DNA of 64,000 bases from a virus. The stretch lies in the IMG/VR virus record IMGVR_UViG_3300028388_006015, positions 11,148 through 75,147 of that record. One strand, written 5' to 3'. Positions 1 through 8,540 of the stretch are shown piece after piece. Each line of letters opens with the position of its first letter. Position 1 is the first letter of the stretch. The notes under the pieces were generated by a model that ran no database searches, was not told the DNA's origin, and was given only the letters and a program-made list of their open reading frames with translations. Made by a program: the position numbers and the translations under genes.

Positions 1-950
1 TATGACGTTTGACTAAATTTTCCGCTTATACGACTTAGTGTTTGGCGAACACCACTATTATGATGATTGCAATAGTATATGTCGTCACACCATATAAATT
101 CAATACGCTCTTTATGGGCGTGGTAATTCTTTGTTAATGTTGTTAGGCGTAAACGATCATAATCGTTATTCATAAAGCGCGTCAATGTAAATTGACCATA
201 AAACATATCAAAACTACCAACACCCTGCACTATTGTATCAAAACTATGTTCGCGATCACTCATATTGATAATACACGCCAATCCTTTGCTGTATTGAGTG
301 CTAAGATCTTGCCAATTAATGCTACGCACCTCATCATCTGTAATGTTAAGTTTATGGCTAATCTTGAGAAGGTTTTGCCAACCATCTTCGTTAAGAGCAT
401 ATACTTTAACACCATCAACATATTCATCAAAATCAACATCAACACTCATGCCAATTATTGGCTTTATGTTGTGTTTAAGACATTGTAATTGAAAATCAAC
501 AACACCACGCAAAGTATGATGTTCTGCAATGCCAAGTGCACTAATTCCTAAAAATTTTGCTTTGCGACAATAATCAGAATACTCTCCACTACCACTCAAG
601 ATCTCATACTTGCCATGAATAGCGAGTGGACTGTAATCTAAAACAATGCCTTGATCTGAAACACCGATATATAAGAAATCATTAAACTGGGGATGAATAT
701 CGTCGCACGAATTATAGTAAAATCGCCTACCAAAGTGATAAACAAAAAAATGTGGATCGAACTTACGAGCCAAAATGATCTCCGAAGCACTAAGTGAAAG
801 TTGAAAGTCATCGTTGATGAGAAACGACTTATCCTCTAGTAACAGAAAAGTGTGATCGGTTCCTTCAACACCAAACACTCTGCCATCTGCTGCTATTGGA
901 TAAATGCTAATCTTATTGTTATAACACCATTGATCGAACGCCTCACTCAT
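1..950 (-). CDS. dnaE: DNA polymerase III alpha subunit (DnaE), N-terminal/PHP part, truncated at window edge
   Basis: Not in the ORF track. Manual translation from ATG at 950 (MSEAFDQW...) stays open to the edge and contains LAIHGKYEILSGSG...AKFLGISALGIAEHHTLRGVVDFQLQCLKHNIKPIIG and IWCDDIYY, matching the DnaE PHP pattern. Confidence 0.85.
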   Translation of the reverse strand, partial: MSEAFDQWCYNNKISIYPIAADGRVFGVEGTDHTFLLLEDKSFLINDDFQLSLSASEIILARKFDPHFFVYHFGRRFYYNSCDDIHPQFNDFLYIGVSDQGIVLDYSPLAIHGKYEILSGSGEYSDYCRKAKFLGISALGIAEHHTLRGVVDFQLQCLKHNIKPIIGMSVDVDFDEYVDGVKVYALNEDGWQNLLKISHKLNITDDEVRSINWQDLSTQYSKGLACIINMSDREHSFDTIVQGVGSFDMFYGQFTLTRFMNNDYDRLRLTTLTKNYHAHKERIEFIWCDDIYYCNHHNSGVRQTLSRISGKFSQTS

Positions 951-1575
951 AATATGATATATTTTTGTTGTGAAACCAATTAAGTAGCAACTGGGCCTTA
1001 TATAAAGTAATGTGCTTTATGTAAGTTCCATATCTATTATTCTTGCCAAACTTATATTGTGTTTTCTCAAAGTAAGATGGAACATTCTCATATAGGAATT
1101 TTTGAGAACGGAATAGTGGAAAATACATGCCAAACTCAAAATAATCTTGTAATGTTGGTCGAAAATGCTTTAATCTAAGAATTGGCCTCGCATCGTATGT
1201 AATGATAACGCTTTTTGCTCGAAATTGCCATCCTAAATCTTCTACATCGAAAGGTGGGTATAAAAAGAGGTTGTTTTTAAGTTTTTCTCTAATGCCTGGA
1301 AATTCTTTCACGTAAAATCTTCCACTATATTCAGCGTCAGAAGACATACGTTTCTTCTGAGAAACATTTGTCCATTTCGACAACCAATAGTAAAAGTCCA
1401 ATTTCAATCGAATTCCCTCAAGAGGAGCCAATATTTCACAGTATTCAATAAGTTGACAATCTCTAGGATACAATACACCAACTTCATTTTCAACACGATC
1501 ACGCATAAGTCTTCGCGCTTTTGTTGGCGTGTCAACCTCGTCCGTTTGACATAGTGCGTAAATAATTTCTATCAT
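943..1575 (-). CDS. hypothetical protein, overlaps dnaE start
   Basis: 210 aa ORF; stop overlaps the dnaE ATG region; no recognised motif. Confidence 0.6.
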   Translation of the reverse strand: MIEIIYALCQTDEVDTPTKARRLMRDRVENEVGVLYPRDCQLIEYCEILAPLEGIRLKLDFYYWLSKWTNVSQKKRMSSDAEYSGRFYVKEFPGIREKLKNNLFLYPPFDVEDLGWQFRAKSVIITYDARPILRLKHFRPTLQDYFEFGMYFPLFRSQKFLYENVPSYFEKTQYKFGKNNRYGTYIKHITLYKAQLLLNWFHNKNISYYE

Positions 1576-1590
1576 TGTATAGTATAGTTA

Positions 1591-1622
1591 GAAAGGGGCA
1601 ACTTACAATAATAAGTTGCCCC
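1591..1622 (-). terminator. intrinsic terminator after histone-like gene
   Basis: Perfect 11 bp inverted repeat GGGGCAACTTA (1595-1605) / TAAGTTGCCCC (1612-1622), followed by TTTC on the minus strand. Confidence 0.7.
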
Positions 1623-1652
1623 ACAAAAACTGTCTGAAAACAAAAAAGAGAA

Positions 1653-2483
1653 CTACTTATCTGCATCTTCTTTCTCGGCTGTTTGACCAGATGCTTTTTT
1701 CGCCTCTATTACCAGCTGATACTTAGAGATTACAGAATACACGAAGCTGTAGTGAGAACCAACCATACGAGCAATTTGTGCTTTGGGATATCCCAAATCA
1801 AACAAACGCCGCATACGTTCGGACTTCTTGAGCTGAGGATCTTCAATGATGCGCTGAGCGTCTTTGGTCATTGGCTTTTCCACAACCTGACGGCCACGGG
1901 CCTTACTACCTTCACTGTCATCTTTCTTCTTGGAAGTTGTCTTCTTGACAGAAGCTTTTTTAGCTGCTTTGGTCGTAGACTCTTTTTTTGCAGGTGCCTT
2001 CTTTGTCGTTGATTTCTTGGCGGTAGGCGTCTTAGCTGCCGGTTTTTTCTTAGCAGTAGTCTTTTTTGCAGCGCCTTTTTTAGCGGGTGCTTTTTTTGCA
2101 GTGCCAATAATGTCGTCCAAAGCACTTTGTGCATCTGCTGCAGAAACAACACCTTCGTACTTATCAACGAGGTCGTCGTATTCTACTGTTTCGACAGTGC
2201 GCGAAAGATCGGTGCCTTCAGGAAGATTGTCAACGATTGTTTGCAGTTCGCCTTTAAAGCCGTCAAGTGTCAACGACTGTTCACTTTTTTGTTCGGAAGG
2301 TTGGTTGCTTTCAGGCTCTTGCTTAACGGGCTGTTCTTGTTCGGGTTGAGCGTCTTCTGAGAGCGATTCCATCAACAGAGTGCGCAACTCTTCGGCCTTT
2401 TGGCCGTTGAACTTAATTCCCACCTCTTTTGCCATCCTGATCAAGGCAGGGTACTTTGCATTTTGAATTTCTGCTTTAGTCAT
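1653..2483 (-). CDS. histone H1-like nucleoid protein (N-terminal HeH-like motif, Lys/Ala-rich tract, C-terminal HTH)
   Basis: KKAPAKK/KKTT repeats; C-terminal KKSERMRRLFDLGYPKAQIARMVGSHYSFVY; paralogous to 59422-59928. Confidence 0.7.
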   Translation of the reverse strand: MTKAEIQNAKYPALIRMAKEVGIKFNGQKAEELRTLLMESLSEDAQPEQEQPVKQEPESNQPSEQKSEQSLTLDGFKGELQTIVDNLPEGTDLSRTVETVEYDDLVDKYEGVVSAADAQSALDDIIGTAKKAPAKKGAAKKTTAKKKPAAKTPTAKKSTTKKAPAKKESTTKAAKKASVKKTTSKKKDDSEGSKARGRQVVEKPMTKDAQRIIEDPQLKKSERMRRLFDLGYPKAQIARMVGSHYSFVYSVISKYQLVIEAKKASGQTAEKEDADK

Positions 2484-2522
2484 GCTATTTGCATTGTTTT
2501 TTTGTTAAAAAATATGATGAGC

Positions 2523-2553
2523 GAAAAATACAAAGTATTTTTTTGACTATCAA
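2523..2553 (-). promoter_or_regulatory. Bacteroidetes-type promoter TTG-N20-TATTTTTC
   Basis: Resembles the -33 TTG / -7 TAnnTTTG consensus; same spacing as the motifs at 43617 and 60067. Confidence 0.4.
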
Positions 2554-2571
2554 CTAAATACTTACAACTTT

Positions 2572-3414
2572 TTAATCCAGGGACGTGTTCTGGAGAATTT
2601 TTTGTATCCACTTGATATTCTTCTTAACGTTACTTTCAAAATGCAAGTCTGGTTGAGCTGCGTAAAAGTCGACCTCACGAGCAATTTTGCCATTAACTAA
2701 GCCTCTCGCACTGTTGTCAAATGTAATACCATTATATGCATGCCATATCGCAGTACTAGAGTCGTTGCTATATGCAAGGCGCAACTTTTTCATTAATAAT
2801 AATTCTCTAGGGTCACCACATCCTAAAAAGTGATGACGTGCATTAACGACTGTAAGATGGTTTTGTTGAAGATGAATCGTAGCAAATGTGCGATTTAGTG
2901 AAATATCTTTAGTTCCAGTTAATGATTGAAATGCATTAGGAATACCAAGAATACTCATCCCGACCCACCAAAGGCGAAAATCGTTAGTAGAGGCTGCCTG
3001 TTGATACAATATACTTTTGTAACACATAATCCATCCTCTCCAGTCCCCTATTTCAGATTGAGGTACGCCCATTAAAGCAACACTATCAGGAAGATTATGT
3101 TCTTTCCATACCAGCGCGTCAGAAAATGCTTCTGCTGTCTTCTGCCAATTATCTCCCGGATAGTCTGGAGCTACAATAACATTTGGTATGATCGCTGCTT
3201 TTTCAAGCTTAGCCCATATATGTTCAAGGCTCATTGGAGAACCATTTTCAAAAGCACCATTATCAACAATAATGAAATCACCTCTTTCACTCTTATCGCG
3301 ATAAAAGTCGCAATATTTCTTATTGTCAAGAAGATGTGCGAGTAATAAGTGAAAATCACTGTTTTGAGGTACGTAATCTAATAATGGAATTGGAGCAATA
3401 TATGCATGCTTCAT
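2572..3414 (-). CDS. dpdA: DpdA/TGT-like deazaguanine transglycosylase (TIM barrel)
   Basis: IVDNGAFE, VAPDY, MGVPQS, HHFLG and SNDSS parallel TGT/DpdA motifs (DxGAF, HxLG, SxDS); last gene of the folE/queD/queE cluster. Subfamily not determined. Confidence 0.65.
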   Translation of the reverse strand: MKHAYIAPIPLLDYVPQNSDFHLLLAHLLDNKKYCDFYRDKSERGDFIIVDNGAFENGSPMSLEHIWAKLEKAAIIPNVIVAPDYPGDNWQKTAEAFSDALVWKEHNLPDSVALMGVPQSEIGDWRGWIMCYKSILYQQAASTNDFRLWWVGMSILGIPNAFQSLTGTKDISLNRTFATIHLQQNHLTVVNARHHFLGCGDPRELLLMKKLRLAYSNDSSTAIWHAYNGITFDNSARGLVNGKIAREVDFYAAQPDLHFESNVKKNIKWIQKILQNTSLD

Positions 3415-3902
3415 TGTGATTGCATTTTATTGATAATGAATTGTTTTACTTTAGTCAAACCAAGCTCATTGTCTCTTTCGTTCGCCTTATCAAAATTCTC
3501 AATAGACGTCTGTCCGTTCTTATCACTCTGTTGACGAAATCGCTCATATCGCTCTTCATAAGGAGCCTCTATCCATATATATGTGCAATTTGGTAAGTCT
3601 TGAATCAAAGACAGTTGTCTTGGTCCAATAACTAATACAAGAATATTAATGTTAAGCGATATAGACTGATCGTAAAAATCTGCAACGCGATTGTGAATGG
3701 TTTGTTTAATCGCCTGTTCGAGATGAGCACTATCTTGAAGATCTGAACGCTTATCGGAGTTCAGAAGATTTCTTACAATCATTGAAATCTCAATAATGCC
3801 AATGAAATCGTATACTCCGTTAAGGCTCTGTTCTGCTATTGTTGCGGCAAGTGTGCTTTTTCCACTACACAACTTACCGGCTATTACCATTGTTGCTATC
3901 AT
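3411..3902 (-). CDS. nucleoside monophosphate kinase (P-loop)
   Basis: VIAGKLCSGKST Walker A at N-terminus, IGPRQ, IWIEAPYEERYERF lid. Probable start 3902 (TAATG overlap with upstream gene). Confidence 0.7.
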   Translation of the reverse strand: MIATMVIAGKLCSGKSTLAATIAEQSLNGVYDFIGIIEISMIVRNLLNSDKRSDLQDSAHLEQAIKQTIHNRVADFYDQSISLNINILVLVIGPRQLSLIQDLPNCTYIWIEAPYEERYERFRQQSDKNGQTSIENFDKANERDNELGLTKVKQFIINKMQSQ

Positions 3903-4252
3903 TACTGTCTCATTACTTTTGCGCCATTTTCTCCGTCCTCGAGTACAGTGCAAGATTCTAAATTAAAATCCTTGACCAGCAAACGAGCAATCATCTCGCA
4001 ACTCATATTGCCAAAGTCCAACATTGCATATGTTGGCGACATATATGTTATTTCAAGATAGTCACGCACTGCACGTTTAAATAGAATAATCTCGATGTCT
4101 CGATCGTCATGCGTCACGCTCTTTTCGCACGTAATGTGAAATATATGACGATGAGGGTATTCAAGAAACTGAACTGTGACATCAAACTGACCTGCGTCCG
4201 GCCAACAATGAATTCCTTCTACCTGAAGATTGATAATTATGTTAACTCTCAT
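3902..4252 (-). CDS. dpdL: DpdL-like QueD paralog (putative CDG decarboxylase, T-fold)
   Basis: EGIHCWPDA, LEYPHRHIF (LxxxHRHxF), SCEMIA, EDGENG; second T-fold gene in a cluster that already has a canonical QueD. Confidence 0.7.
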   Translation of the reverse strand: MRVNIIINLQVEGIHCWPDAGQFDVTVQFLEYPHRHIFHITCEKSVTHDDRDIEIILFKRAVRDYLEITYMSPTYAMLDFGNMSCEMIARLLVKDFNLESCTVLEDGENGAKVMRQ

Positions 4253-4914
4253 GCTTTGCGTTGTTTGTCGTTTTGATAGGAAGATCCCTTAGATTCGTTA
4301 CCGTATAAGTCTCCATCCTGAACAGGATTAACTGAATGAGCGAGAATTTGACCGAGACGAGCATCTTTTTGAATGATCACACTTCCATTTAACACATGAA
4401 ACACAGTGCCCATTTGTTCAGTCTCGAATCCTGGATCGAATACTGCAGAAACGAGAAGACATGAACCGCGCAACATCGTTGATCTATGACGAATTTCAAG
4501 CCATGTGTCTGCAGGAATCTGACAGCCTTCATTGAATGTAATGTGATAAGAACCAGGTTTCAATCTCCAACAAATACCATACTCGTCATGCATAAAAGTA
4601 GCACATTCGCGAAGAGGACGAAGATACTTTTTCTCAAAGCCAACAACAAGTTCAATATCTTCTCCATCAGCGGCAGTAAAAACTTCCTGTTCTATTTTAG
4701 CAACAGTAAGATCAATACCAACTTGTTGAATTTGTTTGTCGAGACGAGAAACAATATCAACAAAGTCTTTGCGGTCTTGATCGGTCATGTCTTCTTTGAG
4801 AAGAAGTTGAGGAAGGTTGGTAATGATGCCACTTTCGTATAGATCGCGACCATTCATCGTTGTTAATGGATAGTTAACAGCGGAATACGGAAAAATATCT
4901 TGCAAATGAATCAT
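4249..4914 (-). CDS. trimeric dUTPase / dCTP deaminase-fold protein
   Basis: GIDLTV, LKPGSYHI, RSTMLRG, VFDPGF, ARLGQI, C-terminal YQ; no obvious TLE catalytic Glu of deaminases. Confidence 0.75.
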   Translation of the reverse strand: MIHLQDIFPYSAVNYPLTTMNGRDLYESGIITNLPQLLLKEDMTDQDRKDFVDIVSRLDKQIQQVGIDLTVAKIEQEVFTAADGEDIELVVGFEKKYLRPLRECATFMHDEYGICWRLKPGSYHITFNEGCQIPADTWLEIRHRSTMLRGSCLLVSAVFDPGFETEQMGTVFHVLNGSVIIQKDARLGQILAHSVNPVQDGDLYGNESKGSSYQNDKQRKA

Positions 4915-4946
4915 AAGATTGTGGTTTTTGCTAAAATTAATACTTT

Positions 4947-5591
4947 TTATAATGATTTGCTAATCAAACTGAAGAATTCAACTCTCGTACCAACTTCGTT
5001 TGTGTGAAAGTACCCTGAAAGCTGTGACGTGCGCATCAAACTGTCGTGACGAACACCTCTACAACCAACACATTGATGTTTGGCTTCAATAACTACAGCA
5101 ACTCCTCTGTTGCCTGTACACTTTTTATTTACAAAATCGTGCACTTGTTTCGTTAACGATTCTTGAACATTGGGCCTACGAGCAAACCAATCAACGATGC
5201 GATTGAGTTTAGAGAGACCAACCATACGATCGTCCACATTTTTGCCAGGAATATATGCTACATGAGCTACACCAATAAATGGCAAATTGTGATGAGCACA
5301 CATACTGTGAACAGGAATATTGCATTGAATAATCTGACCAGTGTATCGCTCTTCGTTAGGGAATGCTGTAATTTTAGGCTCTTGTGAAAAACATCCCACT
5401 GCAAGATCATTAAACCACGCTTTTGCTACACGTAATGGTGTGTCTCGCATATGTGGATCGTATTGCCAATCAAAACCCAAAGCAGTTAAGAATTTACCAT
5501 AGTGTTTTGCAGCCAAATGTGTGCGAGTTTCTATTTCAGCTTCAGTCAAAGGATTGTTTTGATTGTGATAAATCTTTCTATCTAAGCTCAT
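4947..5591 (-). CDS. folE: GTP cyclohydrolase I
   Basis: DTPLRVAK, SMCAHHNLPFIG, GLSKLNRIV, RPNVQE, AKHQCVGCRGV; probable start MSLDRK at 5591. Confidence 0.95.
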   Translation of the reverse strand: MSLDRKIYHNQNNPLTEAEIETRTHLAAKHYGKFLTALGFDWQYDPHMRDTPLRVAKAWFNDLAVGCFSQEPKITAFPNEERYTGQIIQCNIPVHSMCAHHNLPFIGVAHVAYIPGKNVDDRMVGLSKLNRIVDWFARRPNVQESLTKQVHDFVNKKCTGNRGVAVVIEAKHQCVGCRGVRHDSLMRTSQLSGYFHTNEVGTRVEFFSLISKSL

Positions 5592-5605
5592 AAGACTTTT
5601 TTTTG

Positions 5606-5869
5606 TTAATGATAAGGTTGACAGTAAGTTATTGTAATTTGTTCTCGATAATTCGCGTAATATTCTTTTATTGCACACAATTCGTGAATAATCTCCTGTT
5701 CAGAAGGCATTTGTGGAAAGAATAATTGCTCCTGATGCTCTCTAGGAAGAGGGAGCATATTGATTTGCAACTTGATTAAAAATTTGCAATTGTGATGGGT
5801 GTTACCTTCATCTTCCGGATTAATATCGGAATATCCCAAATGCCTTTTATAGAGTTCTTCTTTACTCAC
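5606..5869 (-). CDS. hypothetical protein inside deazaguanine cluster
   Basis: 87 aa; GTG start overlaps the queE stop (GTGA). Confidence 0.5.
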   Translation of the reverse strand: MSKEELYKRHLGYSDINPEDEGNTHHNCKFLIKLQINMLPLPREHQEQLFFPQMPSEQEIIHELCAIKEYYANYREQITITYCQPYH

Positions 5870-6648
5870 ACCTCTCTTTTATTGCCGTGAATAATAATGT
5901 GCAAACGATCTGTGTAATTGTATCCACGCTCAATGCAGATCTGTTCAAGCCATTGACGTGATTGTTCAAGTTTTTCATTCACATCACCTGCAGGCATAAG
6001 CCAACAATGATTTGCAGGTATATTAAGAACGACACGAATATGTTCAAACTCTTTAAGGGAGTCATCATCCTCAATAACCGGTTTAACTTGATAATCTTTA
6101 CAACCACAACGAATCCATGATTTCATTGCGTCATAATTGCTACGCCATTTATTGTGACGATCTACGTCTTTCTGAGTTACCTTGCGACCAATCTCTGTAA
6201 TAAAACTATCAACGACAGGTACAGAGTTGCTAAGCTTAGGCGAAAGAGAGAGTAAATCAATTCGATGAGATAAACGAGTGCCAAACCATTCGATCCATTC
6301 AGAACCTTCAGTTTCGAGTGTAATGTGACTGTCAGAAACACGCCACCGAATAAACTCAACAACTTGTGGTAAAATTGTCTTTTGAAGTGTAGGACCTCCT
6401 CCAGTAATTATAAAGTGCTTGATATGCTGATTTTCACTAATTAAAGCAGCAATGCGCTCGTACGTCCAAGATCCCTTTTCTGGTTTCCATGAAGAATACC
6501 AAGTATCACAAACACTATTTGCGAATTGACATCTCAATCGACAACCGACAAAACGAATCATAATGCTTGGTGTTCCTATAAGTTTTCCTTCACCCTGCAA
6601 ACAAGTGTACACCTCATTTATTGGCAGTGGTTTACTTTCTGTCATCAT
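5866..6648 (-). CDS. queE: 7-carboxy-7-deazaguanine synthase (radical SAM)
   Basis: EVYTCLQGEG, RFVGCRLRCQFANSVCDT, ITGGGP, LETEG, SLSPKL, RLHI; probable start at 6645/6648. Confidence 0.92.
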   Translation of the reverse strand: MMTESKPLPINEVYTCLQGEGKLIGTPSIMIRFVGCRLRCQFANSVCDTWYSSWKPEKGSWTYERIAALISENQHIKHFIITGGGPTLQKTILPQVVEFIRWRVSDSHITLETEGSEWIEWFGTRLSHRIDLLSLSPKLSNSVPVVDSFITEIGRKVTQKDVDRHNKWRSNYDAMKSWIRCGCKDYQVKPVIEDDDSLKEFEHIRVVLNIPANHCWLMPAGDVNEKLEQSRQWLEQICIERGYNYTDRLHIIIHGNKREV

Positions 6649-7213
6649 ATTCGACAATTCCTTTTTCTTTGGCATATTCTAATATGTGTTTGCTGTTATA
6701 TTCACGAAAATTCAATCGTTCCGCATGATCAATGTCATTGGTTCGCACTATTGTATAGCACTTAGGAGTTTCATACAAAGTTACGGCAGTTGGTATGAGT
6801 CCTTTATATTCAAGAAATAACAATTCCATGGCAAGTAAAATCTCCTTTGCTATGTTCTCTACAGTTGGATTGCAATATTTCAATCCTGTTCGTGTAAAAG
6901 GCTGCTCGTTAGGATCTTGTCTGCCATTTAAACTCATAACCCATGCTTTAGATCCGAGCTTTTTGCACATATCCAAGATCTCCTCGTCGTGCGGATTAGC
7001 AATAAATCCGTGATCTAGTAAATCGTCGATCCATTGCATACCAACGCGCTTAATTTCTTTAAAATCAATCGCATAGCCGATCTCTGCCATTGACGAGAAT
7101 GAGAAGTGGACGTGACAAATGTATGTATGTCCGTGGATGTTGAAACATTTCATCTTTTCATTCATCACTCTATGTCCACTATCAAATGTGGTTATTCTAA
7201 CAATCTCTTGCAT
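6632..7213 (-). CDS. queD: 6-carboxytetrahydropterin synthase
   Basis: FDSGHRV, KCFNIHGHTY, IDFKEIK, LDHGF, NPTVENIA, LYETP. Confidence 0.92.
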   Translation of the reverse strand: MQEIVRITTFDSGHRVMNEKMKCFNIHGHTYICHVHFSFSSMAEIGYAIDFKEIKRVGMQWIDDLLDHGFIANPHDEEILDMCKKLGSKAWVMSLNGRQDPNEQPFTRTGLKYCNPTVENIAKEILLAMELLFLEYKGLIPTAVTLYETPKCYTIVRTNDIDHAERLNFREYNSKHILEYAKEKGIVEYDDRK

Positions 7214-8229
7214 TATGATGTAATTTTGTTTTCTAGGCTAAAATAGAATTGTCCCCAGGATGATCTATTGTTAAAACACTTGAAAAACTCGTTACGAGAA
7301 ATTTCGTCAGGATCTCCCAAAGAAGAGTATGCAATCTCAACTTTTTCAAAACAAAAAGATAAGTCCATTGTAGATTTTTTTATATCTGCAATTGCCCCCG
7401 CATCAAAGAATACAATAAGATGCGCAACTTGCTTCTGCTTTAATAGCTCTATCTGATGTTGAGATATCTTTTTTCCAAACGTACAGCAGCACGACATGCC
7501 TGGTGTTGTGTTTAAACTCAAGTTGTTATCTATCGCCTTTTTGTCAAAAATCCCTTCACACAATATTACAATATCTCCCTGCTCTACATCGTCCAGTCCA
7601 AAAAGCATACTGCTAAAATCGTGACTTGAATTATCGTACCTCAGTATCTTAGGTAAATCTTTTTGTTTACGAGTCTCATTAATTCGATCAAGCTTTTCTT
7701 TACTGTATACGTGACGTGACTGGTATCCTGTTAATACGCCATGTGTATACACTAAAAAATACACATACTTCTTCATGCTTGGAAGAAGGTTGCATACTCC
7801 AACGTTATATGCATCATACTGCCAAGGTTCAAAACCTCTTTGTTCGCAATAAGGATGCTGATTAACGCGACGAAATCCTAATGGAGGCTTAGCTTGTGGG
7901 AGATCTTGTTTTTGCGGATGATCGTTAAAAGACAGTGTATTTTTAGTAAAATTGAATATATCTGCAGAAGGCTTAATAAAGATGAGATCGCTCTGTCCTA
8001 TTCGATTAAGCAACTTTTTAACAAAACCATTTTCAGAGCAACGTTTACAGTCGAAAAAGAACGATGCATTGCGACCTGATCTTTTAAGACGTTTCGTTGT
8101 TTTCTTCTGCAGATATAAATGCGACTTCTTGCCACAGAAAGGACAATCACATATCCAGTGCGAATTCTTGCCGTTTGGATATGGATTTAACTGAGCAATT
8201 GCTTTTTCGATAATATCATTTGAAAGCAT
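7213..8229 (-). CDS. dnaG: DNA primase (Zn finger + TOPRIM)
   Basis: CPFC...CKRC zinc finger, LFGLD, CEGIFD, FFDAG; close to the helicase gene. Confidence 0.85.
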   Translation of the reverse strand: MLSNDIIEKAIAQLNPYPNGKNSHWICDCPFCGKKSHLYLQKKTTKRLKRSGRNASFFFDCKRCSENGFVKKLLNRIGQSDLIFIKPSADIFNFTKNTLSFNDHPQKQDLPQAKPPLGFRRVNQHPYCEQRGFEPWQYDAYNVGVCNLLPSMKKYVYFLVYTHGVLTGYQSRHVYSKEKLDRINETRKQKDLPKILRYDNSSHDFSSMLFGLDDVEQGDIVILCEGIFDKKAIDNNLSLNTTPGMSCCCTFGKKISQHQIELLKQKQVAHLIVFFDAGAIADIKKSTMDLSFCFEKVEIAYSSLGDPDEISRNEFFKCFNNRSSWGQFYFSLENKITS

Positions 8230-8533
8230 CGACCATCTGAGTTAGTTCTTGAAGCGCATCAGCCAAAACTTTGTGAGAGTCGTAGTATAAAGCGATAAAT
8301 GCTGCAAGATCTACACCTCCCTCTTGTTCAAGAGATAGATCAATGGCTTTGAGCTTAGCAATGTTTCGCAAAGCTCCAGGCAGGGTTGAAAAATGACCTT
8401 TCGCTGCTAATTTATGTCCGCTCGGAATACGTTTATGAACACTAAAATTTTCACTATCTACACTAAGATAGTAAGGTTCAAGTATCTCGTGTGTAACTTC
8501 GACTGTTGTACTACTTCCTTTTTTACGTGCCAT
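8216..8533 (-). CDS. hypothetical protein
   Basis: 105 aa ORF tightly packed between helicase and primase. Confidence 0.6.
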   Translation of the reverse strand: MARKKGSSTTVEVTHEILEPYYLSVDSENFSVHKRIPSGHKLAAKGHFSTLPGALRNIAKLKAIDLSLEQEGGVDLAAFIALYYDSHKVLADALQELTQMVDAFK

Positions 8534-8540
8534 GTCTTTA

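Noticed and set aside
192-492. Short ORFs listed in the track at the left edge
   Set aside because: They lie within the dnaE reading frame, which the track missed because it runs off the window
1683-2360. Plus-strand ORFs, including a hydrophobic 139 aa ORF
   Set aside because: Antisense shadows of the Lys/Ala-rich minus-strand gene; AAA/GCA codons read as Phe/Leu/Ala on the other strand
2572-7213. Queuosine tRNA-modification auxiliary genes
   Set aside because: No QueC/QueF/QueA in the window; the TGT-like protein lacks the tRNA-TGT zinc motif; location among replication genes favours DNA modification
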